Notes under the pieces: model-generated
The model's input: only the letters and a program-made list of their open reading frames with translations
Told to the model about the DNA's origin: nothing
The model's database searches: none
Shown here: positions 1 to 9,023 of the stretch, in pieces
Position numbering within the stretch: the stretch's first letter is position 1
How the letters are laid out: each line of letters begins with the position of its first letter
Source: Clostridia bacterium
Lineage (GTDB): Bacteria > Bacillota > Clostridia > TANB77 > CAG-508
Length of the DNA stretch: 64,000 nt
Reading direction: 5' to 3'
Assembly (NCBI GenBank): GCA_017470645.1
Contig: JAFUYJ010000028.1
Span: 7,498-71,497 of the forward strand
Made by a program: the position numbers and the translations under genes

Positions 1-117
1 TGCTTCATTTATTATTCTTACTAAATTTAATTTATTGTTATATTTGAACTATTGTTTGTAATTATATCATATTTTTACTCTTTAGTAAAGAAAAACTATA
101 AAATTTTACAATATTTT
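1..117. repeat. Copy 1 of a ~115-bp imperfect direct repeat (copy 2 at 3462..3577). It lies in the 3' flank of the HAM1-like gene and is cut by the window edge.
   Basis: The first 23 nt (TGCTTCATTTATTATTCTTACTA) are identical to 3462..3484. Further shared blocks (ATTTGAACTATT, CATATTTT, AAAATTTT[A/G]CAAT) follow in the same order. Confidence 0.7.
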
Positions 118-145
118 ACACTGTTTATTTTAATCTGCTATCAAA

Positions 146-722
146 CTAATTATTTTCCTGGTACCACTTTGCAAAATTCTCTAATGCAGAATAAGAGCCA
201 TCAATTGTTCTTCTGTTTTCTCTTTCTTTAGCATCCATCTCTGCTAATGTTATATCAAACCCCTCAGGCTTAAATATATACCACAAATCAGACCATTTTT
301 CTTCTCTATCAATACCTCTAATTTTTCTTGATACATTTCCGTGGATGCTTTCCATAAAAATAATGTATCTCGTTTCCATCATAATAAGCCAAACACTCAT
401 TAAAAGCACATTTTCTATTTTCCTTATCTTCCATTAATTTTAAAATACCTTCTATCCCTAAAGTTTCTAAAGAAAAATTTACAAATGCTCTTGGAAATCC
501 ATTTAATTCATCAATTCTAAAATCTGTATCCATCGCCATACATGGCTTTTTTACTATTTCATAAGCTTGCTTTACTTTTGCAGTTGCAATTACCTTTATA
601 TCATCACTTCTTGGTTCATCTAATTCATACTCAAATGTACTTATTTTCAAATTCTTAAAATACTTTTCTGCTGACTTAGCTTTTCCTTTATTATGTGTTA
701 CAAATATTATCTCATTATCCAT
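146..722 (-). CDS. Non-canonical purine NTP pyrophosphatase (HAM1/RdgB family). The frame is interrupted as assembled and needs a +1 shift at the in-frame CGG (341..339).
   Basis: ORF 318..722 (MDNEIIFVTHNKGK..., N-terminal part) and ORF 146..409 (C-terminal part) overlap in different frames. Joining CCA|c|GGA gives ...YFYGKHP-GNVSRKIRG..., which fits the HAM1 F-x-G-x3-G-x-[IV] motif. Confidence 0.7.
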
Positions 723-810
723 TTTATGCCCTCCTAATTTTTATTATTTGTAGATTAATTAACCTTCTAACTATATTTTAGCACATAAATAAGAAATATA
801 CTTGTCCGTT

Positions 811-1443
811 TTATTTTTTTATTTCAAAATTTTCATATTTCTCATTTAGCACTTTATACTCCAATATATCATTCAATTTAAATAATCTAATAGCTTTCTT
901 TTTTTCACAAAATGCTGCTACATACCATTCATCTAAATAATAAAACATTTCTGCCGGATGAATAACTCTTTCACTTACTCCTGATTCATTTGAAAAAAAC
1001 TTTATAAATACCTTATTTCTACCATTAATTGCTTTTCTTATTTTTATATAAACATCTTCTATTTGAAGCTTTCCAGTTTCTATAATTTTATTAATTTTTT
1101 TTGAGTTATCTGAACTAATATTCTTTTCATAACTATTAAATATCTTTTTTATTATTTCCTTAAATTCTTTCTCTTTATCAAAATGACTTTCCATTTTTTT
1201 TAATTTGATTAATTCCTGACTTGTTAACCCTACATCAATATTATTTAACTCACTATTTAAAGAGTATCCACCACTTATACCTCTTTTAGAATCTATATAT
1301 ATTCCTGCTTGTTCTAATTCATTTTTGTATTGTTTAATCATTCTAGGTGAAACTTCAATTTGTTCGGCTATTTCTTTCATATTATGTATTTTTCCATCTT
1401 TTAAAAGATTAACCATATTTAGCATATTTGCAACTTTACTCAT
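811..1443 (-). CDS. HTH plus WYL-domain transcriptional regulator (YafY/BrxR-like, short form)
   Basis: The N-terminal HTH is MKEIAEQIEVSPRMIKQYKNELEQAGIYI. The C-terminal WYL-like segment is ERVIHPAEMFYYLDEWYVAAF. At 210 aa it is shorter than typical ~300-aa family members. Confidence 0.65.
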   Translation of the reverse strand: MSKVANMLNMVNLLKDGKIHNMKEIAEQIEVSPRMIKQYKNELEQAGIYIDSKRGISGGYSLNSELNNIDVGLTSQELIKLKKMESHFDKEKEFKEIIKKIFNSYEKNISSDNSKKINKIIETGKLQIEDVYIKIRKAINGRNKVFIKFFSNESGVSERVIHPAEMFYYLDEWYVAAFCEKKKAIRLFKLNDILEYKVLNEKYENFEIKK

Positions 1444-1656
1444 ATAATTTACGATATATATAAATATATCTTCTCCTTTCTGATTATGTATACCAGCATT
1501 ATACTATTCAAAACCATATTTTTCAAGTATTTTTAAATTTTGTAATATACAAAATTTAAAAAACTACCAGAATGGTATCTTTTAGGTGTCTATAATATAA
1601 ATATTTTTAATTTTTAACATTTTTGAAAATACAAAGCCTTGATATTTCAACGTTTT

Positions 1657-2154
1657 TCACTCGTGTCTAAATTGTACATCGTAATCGTTGGCTGAGACAA
1701 CGCACATTGCTTTTAACATTTCGTTTACTGATAGTTCTTCGCGTGGGTCTAGCCAGATTTGTGAGCCTCCCATTGAGGCTGCGTTTTGGCTACATGGTAC
1801 TTTGTCTTCTAATTTTATTTGGCCTAATTCTAGCGCTTCGAATGTTAGTAATATTGTCATTAGTTTGGTAACACTTGCTGGGCGGAGTTGTTCGTGAGAG
1901 TTTTTTTCGTATAGCACTTGACCACTATTTTGCTCTATTAAGATTGCTGATTCACATTCTAAATTCAGTTCATCTTTTGTGGTGCTTTCAGTATTCTCGC
2001 CTTCTGCTGAGCTATTAGTTTCAACAGTGCCATTAATTACAGTCCATTCGTAGTTTTCTGCTCTAGCTATAATAAATATTGAAGATAACAAATATGTAAA
2101 TAGTGTTAAACATATAACTTTTTTTGAAATTCTTTTTATATATTTAAAAAGCAT
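1657..2154 (-). pseudogene. Truncated D-alanyl-D-alanine carboxypeptidase (S11, PBP5/DacF-type): N-terminal 165-aa fragment only
   Basis: It has a signal peptide, the SxxK motif (RPASVTKLMT) and the start of the SxN motif (VVSAND). After that the sequence diverges and stops. Intact enzymes are ~380-400 aa. It is followed by ~210 bp of non-coding DNA. Confidence 0.75.
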
Positions 2155-2236
2155 ATATCATACCCCACTTTCGTTTTGTATAATATATGCTTTTATATAT
2201 TATTTATTCTTATTTATGTATTCATTAATCCACACT

Positions 2237-2269
2237 TTAAAATTTTGCGACATCATCGCAAAATTTTAA
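2237..2269. repeat. Perfect palindrome TTAAAATTTTGCGA-catca-TCGCAAAATTTTAA overlapping the stop codon of the DUF1016 gene
   Basis: A 14-bp perfect stem with a 5-nt loop, read directly. It shares the core TTTTGCGA(C)...(G)TCGCAAAA with the palindrome at 3008..3034. Confidence 0.8.
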
Positions 2270-3333
2270 TTATCATTACTTTCTTCTAGCTTTCTTTTTT
2301 CTAATTGTATTTTTGCATTTTTAATACTTGACAAAAACTTTTCTTCTAACAAGTCCTTTTGCACATAATTTGTAAGAAATTGTGCAACATGTATTCCACT
2401 TTTGTCTAATTCTAACAATTCAGCAATTGCGTTGCTTTTGCTTGCACACAGTATAATTGCAACAGGTGTTTCTTCACCATCTGATTTTTCATATTTATCA
2501 AGCCATTTTAAATATAGTTCTACTTGTCCTTTGTGCTCTGGTTTAAATTCTTCCAATTTTAATTCAATAACCACTAATCTTTTTAATTTTCTATGGAAGA
2601 ATAATAAATCAATATAATAATCTCTACCGTCTATTATAATTCTCTTTTGTCTAGCTAAGAATGCAAAATCATTTCCCATCTCCAATATGAAATGTTCTAA
2701 TTCATTTACTATAGCATTTTCCAAATCTTTCTCACTATATGTATCTTTTAATTCTAAAAAATCTAAAACATATGGATCTCTAAAAAACAAATCTGTTGTC
2801 ATTATGTTCTCATTGTTTAATAGCTGCAGGTCATTCAAAATTGTTTGTTCAGGTCTTTGAGATATTGCTGTTCTTTCAAATAATGCTGAATCAATTCTTT
2901 CTTTTAGGGTTCTAACCGACCAATTCTCATTTGAACTCATTGTTGCATAGAATCTTCTTTTTACATCTGTGTCCATTTTAACTATTTCAACAAAGTGAGA
3001 CCAGCTTAATTTTTGCGACAATGTCGCAAAAATTTTATAATCACTAAAATATTCATTCAACTGTAACATTCTATACAAATTTGAATAACTATAACCTCTC
3101 CCATAATTTGCTATAAGCTTTTTACTTAGTTCCTTTATTACTTTTTTACCATATTCTGGTTTTTTATTTTCCAATACTTCTTTTTTTATTCTGTCTCCAA
3201 TATTCCAATTTAATAATACTAATTCTGTATTAACATGTATAGCTACTCTTCTTTTGGCCTCATCAATCATTCTTGATACATCGTTATATAATTTATCCAT
3301 CTTAATGCTATTCATACTTTCTATATTTCCCAT
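2266..3333 (-). CDS. PDDEXK-fold nuclease, YhcG/DUF1016 family
   Basis: The N-terminal helical region (VNTELVLLNWNIG, LSQKLSWSHFVEI) and the C-terminal restriction-endonuclease-like core (IDLLFFHRKLKRLVVIELK) are typical of DUF1016. I chose the ATG at 3333 (SD GAAAGGATGG); the ORF is open up to 3372. Confidence 0.7.
   Translation of the reverse strand: MGNIESMNSIKMDKLYNDVSRMIDEAKRRVAIHVNTELVLLNWNIGDRIKKEVLENKKPEYGKKVIKELSKKLIANYGRGYSYSNLYRMLQLNEYFSDYKIFATLSQKLSWSHFVEIVKMDTDVKRRFYATMSSNENWSVRTLKERIDSALFERTAISQRPEQTILNDLQLLNNENIMTTDLFFRDPYVLDFLELKDTYSEKDLENAIVNELEHFILEMGNDFAFLARQKRIIIDGRDYYIDLLFFHRKLKRLVVIELKLEEFKPEHKGQVELYLKWLDKYEKSDGEETPVAIILCASKSNAIAELLELDKSGIHVAQFLTNYVQKDLLEEKFLSSIKNAKIQLEKRKLEESNDN
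3008..3034. repeat. Palindrome AATTTTTGCGAC-aat-GTCGCAAAAATT inside the DUF1016 coding sequence
   Basis: A 12-bp perfect stem read directly. It has the same core as the palindrome at 2237..2269. Confidence 0.8.
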
Positions 3334-3461
3334 ATAACCATCCTTTCTATTTTTTGTCAACATTGTATACATATTTTAACAATAACTATTTTTTATAACA
3401 TTCTGCATCATTTTGCACACAAAAAAGCAAGACCCTCCTTCCACTTTCGAAATTTAGTTCT

Positions 3462-3577
3462 TGCTTCATTTATTATTCTTACTATATTATTCTATTATTT
3501 CATTTGAACTATTAGTTATATTATACCATATTTTGACATTTAAGAAAAGATGAACTTAAAATTTTGCAATTTTTTTC
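3462..3577. repeat. Copy 2 of the ~115-bp imperfect direct repeat (copy 1 at 1..117), in the 3' flank of the NADAR gene
   Basis: See copy 1. It is preceded at 3425..3468 by a hairpin (AAGCAAGA...TCTTGCTT) with a T-run on the minus strand, probably the terminator of the NADAR gene. Confidence 0.7.
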
Positions 3578-3580
3578 TTT

Positions 3581-4078
3581 TTATTCTTTTCGTTCTGCTT
3601 TAATTTCTTCTCGAAGCTTCATCCATAATTTTCCCAAATTATTTTGACCATTTCTATCTTCTCCCCAGCCCCAAAAAGAATCTTTTGGAGAGTCCTCTAC
3701 TATAATATAATCTTCGGTTTCTAGCAATTTCTTTTTTACATATGGATTTTGTTCTATTTTAGCTCTAAGCAATTCTTCCATAACTGAAATTTTAATTTCA
3801 TCCCAATTGCTTTGCCTTTTATCCTTATTTGCATATGCTATTTTTTGAGCCTCATGTGCTGAATAAGAATTTTTTATTTTATCGGCAACTTCTGGACAGC
3901 TTTCTATGAATCCTAAAGTTTGATATGCCTCTTCAACTGATGAATACAATACTCCTTTATATAAAACTTTAAATGAACTAAAATTATCAAAGCAATAATA
4001 CTCTCTTGGATAAAAACCTATTACTTCATCCATTTTTTCACTTAACCATTTATCTCTATATTGCTCTAATCTTATCAT
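3581..4078 (-). CDS. NADAR family protein (DUF1768 / YbiA-like)
   Basis: Characteristic segments: FYPREYYCFDNFS, SVEEAYQ, AHEAQKI, WDEIKISVMEELLRAK, FWGWG. Confidence 0.75.
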   Translation of the reverse strand: MIRLEQYRDKWLSEKMDEVIGFYPREYYCFDNFSSFKVLYKGVLYSSVEEAYQTLGFIESCPEVADKIKNSYSAHEAQKIAYANKDKRQSNWDEIKISVMEELLRAKIEQNPYVKKKLLETEDYIIVEDSPKDSFWGWGEDRNGQNNLGKLWMKLREEIKAERKE

Positions 4079-4168
4079 ATATGCCTCCTAACTACTTCAT
4101 TTTTTTCTCTGATACCATTCTGTAAATTTTTCTAATGCGAAATAAGAACCATCATTAGTATTTGAGGA

Positions 4169-4633
4169 TTAATTAACCTCTTCTGCCGCCTTGCTATTAA
4201 TCTGTACATGTTTGAAAATATCGTACTTTTCTATCTCATCAACCAATTCTTCAGGTTTTACATTGCTGACTATTTTAATAACAAATGACGCTGGAAAAGG
4301 ATGCACTTCCTGAGTATAGCCTGATAAAACTACACTGTTTCCTCCTAATTTTTCTATTGCATTAGAGTACGCTTTCTCCTTTGATATATATTCTACAGAA
4401 TACACTCCTTTTATAGATTCAATCTTATCTTTTATGTCTTGAATATCTTTTTCTGATGTATCATCATAAATATAAGCTTCAATATATTTATCTGATTCCA
4501 CACTTATTTCTTTCATTGTTTTTTTATCTTTTTTTATTTCCTTATCATTACTACATCCAGTTAAGCATATTAAACTCATTAGCATTAACAATATTATCAT
4601 TATTCTACTTAAAATTAATCTATTTATCTTCAT
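4169..4633 (-). CDS. Lipoprotein with an FtsX-extracellular-domain-like fold
   Basis: It has a lipobox signal (LMSLICLTGCS). The body resembles the FtsX ECD (IQDIKDKIESIKGVYSVEYISKEKAY...HPFPASFVIKI). Confidence 0.6.
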   Translation of the reverse strand: MKINRLILSRIMIILLMLMSLICLTGCSNDKEIKKDKKTMKEISVESDKYIEAYIYDDTSEKDIQDIKDKIESIKGVYSVEYISKEKAYSNAIEKLGGNSVVLSGYTQEVHPFPASFVIKIVSNVKPEELVDEIEKYDIFKHVQINSKAAEEVN

Positions 4634-5648
4634 TTGTTTTCTCCCTTTTACTACTTATAATATGATTAATAACTGTAACCACTCCACTGACAATAATCAA
4701 AAAGTAAAAATTTATGCCTCTATTTAAAAGAACGGCTGTGCTCATAACACTAGTTGGATATACAGATTTAAATATTTCAATAAAAGCACCTTCTGTTACT
4801 CCAACAGCACCTGGAGAAGGAATTCCTGAAACTGTTGCATATAAAACAGATTGCATGCTTACTATTTCAAGAACGTTGTGTTCATTAAATCCAAGAGCTC
4901 TGTATGTGCAATACGTTACACCGTAGTAAAATGTAAATTGCACCAACGTAGTTAAAATAATCTTAATAATAAGTACTTTGTTATTTTTTATATAATCAGC
5001 ATTCTCTTGATATTTTCCTAACTCTTTTTCCATTTTTTCTTTTTTAGATTCTATATTTTTAATCTTAAATACTTTCATCAATTTAATAGCTAAATTTATA
5101 AGTCCTTTTGTCATCCTTTTTGAGAAGATGCCTATAAGTAGCAATATAAGTGCACTTAAATTCAGTAAAATTCCTATAATAAAAAAGGTAATTAAAACAC
5201 CATTTAAATAATGATAATTGAATATTAAGCTGATTAATGCAAAGGATATTGTTATAACTTGCATGCTACTTAAATTCATCAAAAGAGCTATTGTTGAATT
5301 TGAAACGGAGATTTTATCCTTATGCATATAATAAATTTGGAGTGGTTGTCCTCCACTTGCAGCAGGTGTTATGCCACTAAAGAAAAAGCCTATTAATGCA
5401 TATTTTATATTTCTAAAAATATTAGATTTTTCGTTTAAGCTTTTAAGTGTCCTTCCAATATTTATTGCTTCACATACCACGTAAACAGCCATACAACACA
5501 TTCCTGCAAACACAAATTGCAATTTAACTGATGATAAAATGTCTACAATTTGTAATATATCTTGATCTTTTAATAAAACATAAAATGTTACTACAATCAA
5601 CAATATAAAAAATATTAAGTTTCTAAAAATTTTTTTGCCATCCTTCAT
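4620..5648 (-). CDS. Lysylphosphatidylglycerol-synthase TM-region / flippase-like membrane protein (UPF0104)
   Basis: Polytopic membrane protein carrying the family motif SGITPAASGGQPLQIYYM. Confidence 0.65.
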   Translation of the reverse strand: MKDGKKIFRNLIFFILLIVVTFYVLLKDQDILQIVDILSSVKLQFVFAGMCCMAVYVVCEAINIGRTLKSLNEKSNIFRNIKYALIGFFFSGITPAASGGQPLQIYYMHKDKISVSNSTIALLMNLSSMQVITISFALISLIFNYHYLNGVLITFFIIGILLNLSALILLLIGIFSKRMTKGLINLAIKLMKVFKIKNIESKKEKMEKELGKYQENADYIKNNKVLIIKIILTTLVQFTFYYGVTYCTYRALGFNEHNVLEIVSMQSVLYATVSGIPSPGAVGVTEGAFIEIFKSVYPTSVMSTAVLLNRGINFYFLIIVSGVVTVINHIISSKREKTNEDK

Positions 5649-5677
5649 TTTTACTCTCTTTCTACTCTATATTATAA

Positions 5678-6769
5678 TCATTTTTGTTTCTGTTTATCAT
5701 TTTTAATATTATCTTTAGCAGTATTTAATAAAAATTTTATAGTTTGGTTTAATACTTCTTTGCTTTCTTCATCTAAGTTTTTATATGTATCAAATATTTT
5801 TTTATAGTTTGCCAACTTGTTTTCATTTATTTGAGAAATAGTTTCAGCATTTGTTGATGATAATATTTCATACACCGCAAGCCAGAATTTCTTTCTTTGC
5901 TCAGCATCTACTTTTTTTAGCCATGTTTTTAATGTTTTATCAATATACTCACTTTGCTTAGTAACGTCTTGCATTTCTACAAATTTTTTTCCTATTACTT
6001 GCCAACTATACAAGCTATGTTGATATAGTCCTGTTTCTGTGCTTTCTACAACAGTATATTGTTCTTCATGATTCAACATTCTGCCAAAAATTGATGTTTG
6101 TGGCGTATATGTATGAATCTTTGGAAGAATTCTTTTATAATTTTCAGTTTCAATTATCTCTTCGAAAAAACCAGGTCCATCATTATTGTATACTTCAATT
6201 ATTCTATCTCGTATGTTTTCATTACAAAATGCTGCTGCATAAACTGCTAAATTACCACCTTTTGAGTGTCCACCAATTCTTAGATTTCCTGTTGTTTGGC
6301 TTGCAATTTCATTTAAGTAATTTGCAGCATCTGTTTGAGCTGGTACTAATGTCATAAAACTCATGTTAAAATCTTCCTTCCAGCCTATTAGAGTATTATC
6401 CGTTCCTCTATATGATATATATGTTGTTCCATCAGGTAAAATTATTGTTATTGCTGAAAACTGTTTTTCTTGCTTTTTATCCTTTTTATTTATAAATTTC
6501 TTTAAGAATATTCCTCCAAATCTATTACTATTAGCTAATGCTGGAAATAAATCTAAGTCCTCTTCTTGTAATACTTTAACTGCTGTTTTATCAATTTTTT
6601 CAAACCTTTTATATAATTCTTGAAGAGTAACTATTTCATTACTATCAATTATTTTGTCAAAAGGAAAATATGAAACTCTTGATAGTATTAAATTATCTAT
6701 TTCATTGAATGGATCTTGAATAAATGATAAGTCCCCTCTCCATTCTATGTAATCTATAATGTTTGCCAT
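5678..6769 (-). CDS. Mbeg1-like / DUF2974 alpha/beta-hydrolase (lipase-like)
   Basis: N-terminus NIIDYIEWRGDLSF and nucleophile elbow GGHSKGGNLA. I chose the ATG at 6769, which has TGGAGG 5 nt upstream; the track start at 6781 is TTG. Confidence 0.65.
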   Translation of the reverse strand: MANIIDYIEWRGDLSFIQDPFNEIDNLILSRVSYFPFDKIIDSNEIVTLQELYKRFEKIDKTAVKVLQEEDLDLFPALANSNRFGGIFLKKFINKKDKKQEKQFSAITIILPDGTTYISYRGTDNTLIGWKEDFNMSFMTLVPAQTDAANYLNEIASQTTGNLRIGGHSKGGNLAVYAAAFCNENIRDRIIEVYNNDGPGFFEEIIETENYKRILPKIHTYTPQTSIFGRMLNHEEQYTVVESTETGLYQHSLYSWQVIGKKFVEMQDVTKQSEYIDKTLKTWLKKVDAEQRKKFWLAVYEILSSTNAETISQINENKLANYKKIFDTYKNLDEESKEVLNQTIKFLLNTAKDNIKNDKQKQK

Positions 6770-6781
6770 TTTAGCCTCCAA

Positions 6782-7690
6782 TTACTTGTATTTTTCATAT
6801 ATTTTAAAATAATATGTTTTTGCTCCTGGAACCAAAGAATCAAAGTATACCATATTTCCATCTTTATCTTGAATTTTTAGATTTGGAAATACTAGTATCA
6901 TTTTCTCATCTCCCCAGAACTTGTATATGAATTTTGATAACCTTTCATTACCATATATTTCATTATACTTTTCTGAAATATGTTGTCTGTCTGATACATT
7001 TAAATTGTATTCTTCAACTTTTCTTATTTTAAAGAATTCAAGTGCAGCACCTGTTATTATGCAATCAATTAGCATAATCCAAACTGTACAAGCAATTATC
7101 CAATGCCACATTTTTTCATTAGGAAATTTATCTTTTATCTTATCTATAATTTTGTCGATTTTAGGATTAAATGATCCTAATAAATACATTGCAAGAACAC
7201 CCCAGAAAAAAGCAAAAGCAACACATATTCTTCCGTTTATATTGAATGGTAAATTAGAATAATCCCACCACTTTACATGGAACATTAACTCTCCAAAATA
7301 ACTAACAAGATATTCAACACATGAACCTAAAATTGCTCCACCTATAAATAATAAATTATGACTCTTTTTAAATTTTTGTAGAAATACTATCATAACACAT
7401 GCCCCTATTCCATAAATAGAGCAAAACGGTCCATATAAAAAGCTCTGTCTACTTTCTACTAATCCCTTTCTTACAGCACCATATGTGGTTTCAATTAAAA
7501 ATCCAACAACACTGTAAATTATAAAATAAGCTAAAATCCTCCATATGCTAATTCCAAAAATTCTAAAGCCTTTTTTTACAGTCTTTTTCTCTTCTTGTAC
7601 TTGTTTATTTTCTACATTTTCTTGTACCTGACTTATAGTTTTTATTTTCTCATTTAATACTTTTTCTTTTGACTCCATTTGTTCCCCCAT
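6782..7690 (-). CDS. Membrane protein of the putative ABC-transporter type IV family (PF06541-like)
   Basis: Motifs YSVVGFLIETTYG, LYGPFCSIYGIGA and WWDYSNLPFNINGRIC. A paralogue lies at 12607..13539. The start is uncertain (7690 or 7678). Confidence 0.6.
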   Translation of the reverse strand: MGEQMESKEKVLNEKIKTISQVQENVENKQVQEEKKTVKKGFRIFGISIWRILAYFIIYSVVGFLIETTYGAVRKGLVESRQSFLYGPFCSIYGIGACVMIVFLQKFKKSHNLLFIGGAILGSCVEYLVSYFGELMFHVKWWDYSNLPFNINGRICVAFAFFWGVLAMYLLGSFNPKIDKIIDKIKDKFPNEKMWHWIIACTVWIMLIDCIITGAALEFFKIRKVEEYNLNVSDRQHISEKYNEIYGNERLSKFIYKFWGDEKMILVFPNLKIQDKDGNMVYFDSLVPGAKTYYFKIYEKYK

Positions 7691-7706
7691 ATTTTAGTTA
7701 CTATGA

Positions 7707-8024
7707 TTATATATTTTTTAATACCTCAATTAATTCACTTTTTGCTTGTAATCCAACTAAAGTTTTTTCTACTCCACCATCTTTAAATATTATTAAAGTT
7801 GGTATACTCATTACTCCATATTCAGCAGCTATATCTGAAGCTTCATCAACATTTAATTTACAAACTTTTATACTATCTCCCATTTCATTTGCTATTTCGT
7901 CAATTACTGGTGACATCATTTTACATGGTCCACACCAATCTGCATAAAAATCTACAAGAACCGCTTTATCTGATTCCATAACCTCACTTTTAAAATTATC
8001 ATTGTTTAATTTAATAACTTCCAT
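7707..8024 (-). CDS. trxA: Thioredoxin
   Basis: 105 aa with the WCGPC active site. Confidence 0.92.
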   Translation of the reverse strand: MEVIKLNNDNFKSEVMESDKAVLVDFYADWCGPCKMMSPVIDEIANEMGDSIKVCKLNVDEASDIAAEYGVMSIPTLIIFKDGGVEKTLVGLQAKSELIEVLKNI

Positions 8025-8042
8025 TTTTCTCTTCCTTTCTTT

Positions 8043-8897
8043 TTATCTTAAATAATCTATAACCGATAATCCAGCTTTTGCACCTTCATAAACAGCTTTT
8101 GATACTTGTAATAATCCTCCTGTACAATCACCGCATGCATATATTCCTTTTATATTAGTTTGCATGTTTTCATCTACTAATATTTTGTCGTTTTTTGTAA
8201 TTATTCCTAGTTTTTTTGCAAACTCTGAAGCACCAGCAGTTCCTTGGGCGACAAACACTCCATCTGTTTTTAGTGTTGAATTATCTTCAAAGCGTACTTC
8301 TTCTACTTTATTTTCTCCTTTAATTTCTTTAATATTCTTAGTTACTATATCAACATTGTCAGCTCTGAATTCAGGTGCTTTTTCACCATTTGTTAATATT
8401 GTTATTTTGTTTGCAACATTTATTAAATCATTTGTTTCTGAAATAGCATAATTACCACTTCCTATAACCACAACGTCTTTATTTCTATAAAAGAATCCAT
8501 CACATATTGCACAGTAACTAATACCTTTTCCTTCAAATTCTTTTATACCCTGAACATTTAAAGTATTTTTCTTTGCTCCTATAGCTATAATAACAGACTT
8601 TGCATCGTATATTTTCTTATCTGTTGATACCTTAAAATAATTGTCTTCTATTTCTATTTTTATAATTTCCTCTTTACTTGTCTCAACTCCAATATTTTGA
8701 GCTTGCTTTATACCAGCATTATATAAATCTACTCCTGAAATTCCATCTTCAAAGCCATAGTAATTATCTATTTTTTTAGCCTTTATCAATCCTGAATCTT
8801 TACTGTATATAAGCAAAACATTTTTATTAGCTCTTTTACAGTATAAGCTTGCTGAAACTCCCGCGGGTCCTCCACCTAGTATAATTACATCATACAT
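8043..8897 (-). CDS. trxB: Thioredoxin-disulfide reductase
   Basis: FAD motif GGGPAG, redox-active CAIC, and GD motif ACGDC. I chose the ATG at 8897 because GGGAGG lies 8 nt upstream; the ORF extends to 8966. Confidence 0.88.
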   Translation of the reverse strand: MYDVIILGGGPAGVSASLYCKRANKNVLLIYSKDSGLIKAKKIDNYYGFEDGISGVDLYNAGIKQAQNIGVETSKEEIIKIEIEDNYFKVSTDKKIYDAKSVIIAIGAKKNTLNVQGIKEFEGKGISYCAICDGFFYRNKDVVVIGSGNYAISETNDLINVANKITILTNGEKAPEFRADNVDIVTKNIKEIKGENKVEEVRFEDNSTLKTDGVFVAQGTAGASEFAKKLGIITKNDKILVDENMQTNIKGIYACGDCTGGLLQVSKAVYEGAKAGLSVIDYLR

Positions 8898-9000
8898 TGG
8901 AATTCCTCCCTTCTTGCGTATTTTATTGTTATTATTAATTTCTTCGTTTATGAATATATTATACATTATTAAACAAAAATTTCAAGTATTTTATGCATAA

Positions 9001-9023
9001 GAAAAAGTCGATTTCTCGACCTT
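9001..9023 (-). terminator. Probable intrinsic terminator downstream of the PiT gene
   Basis: On the minus strand: AAAAGGTCGA-gaaa-TCGAC-TTTTT. The stem is short. Confidence 0.5.
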
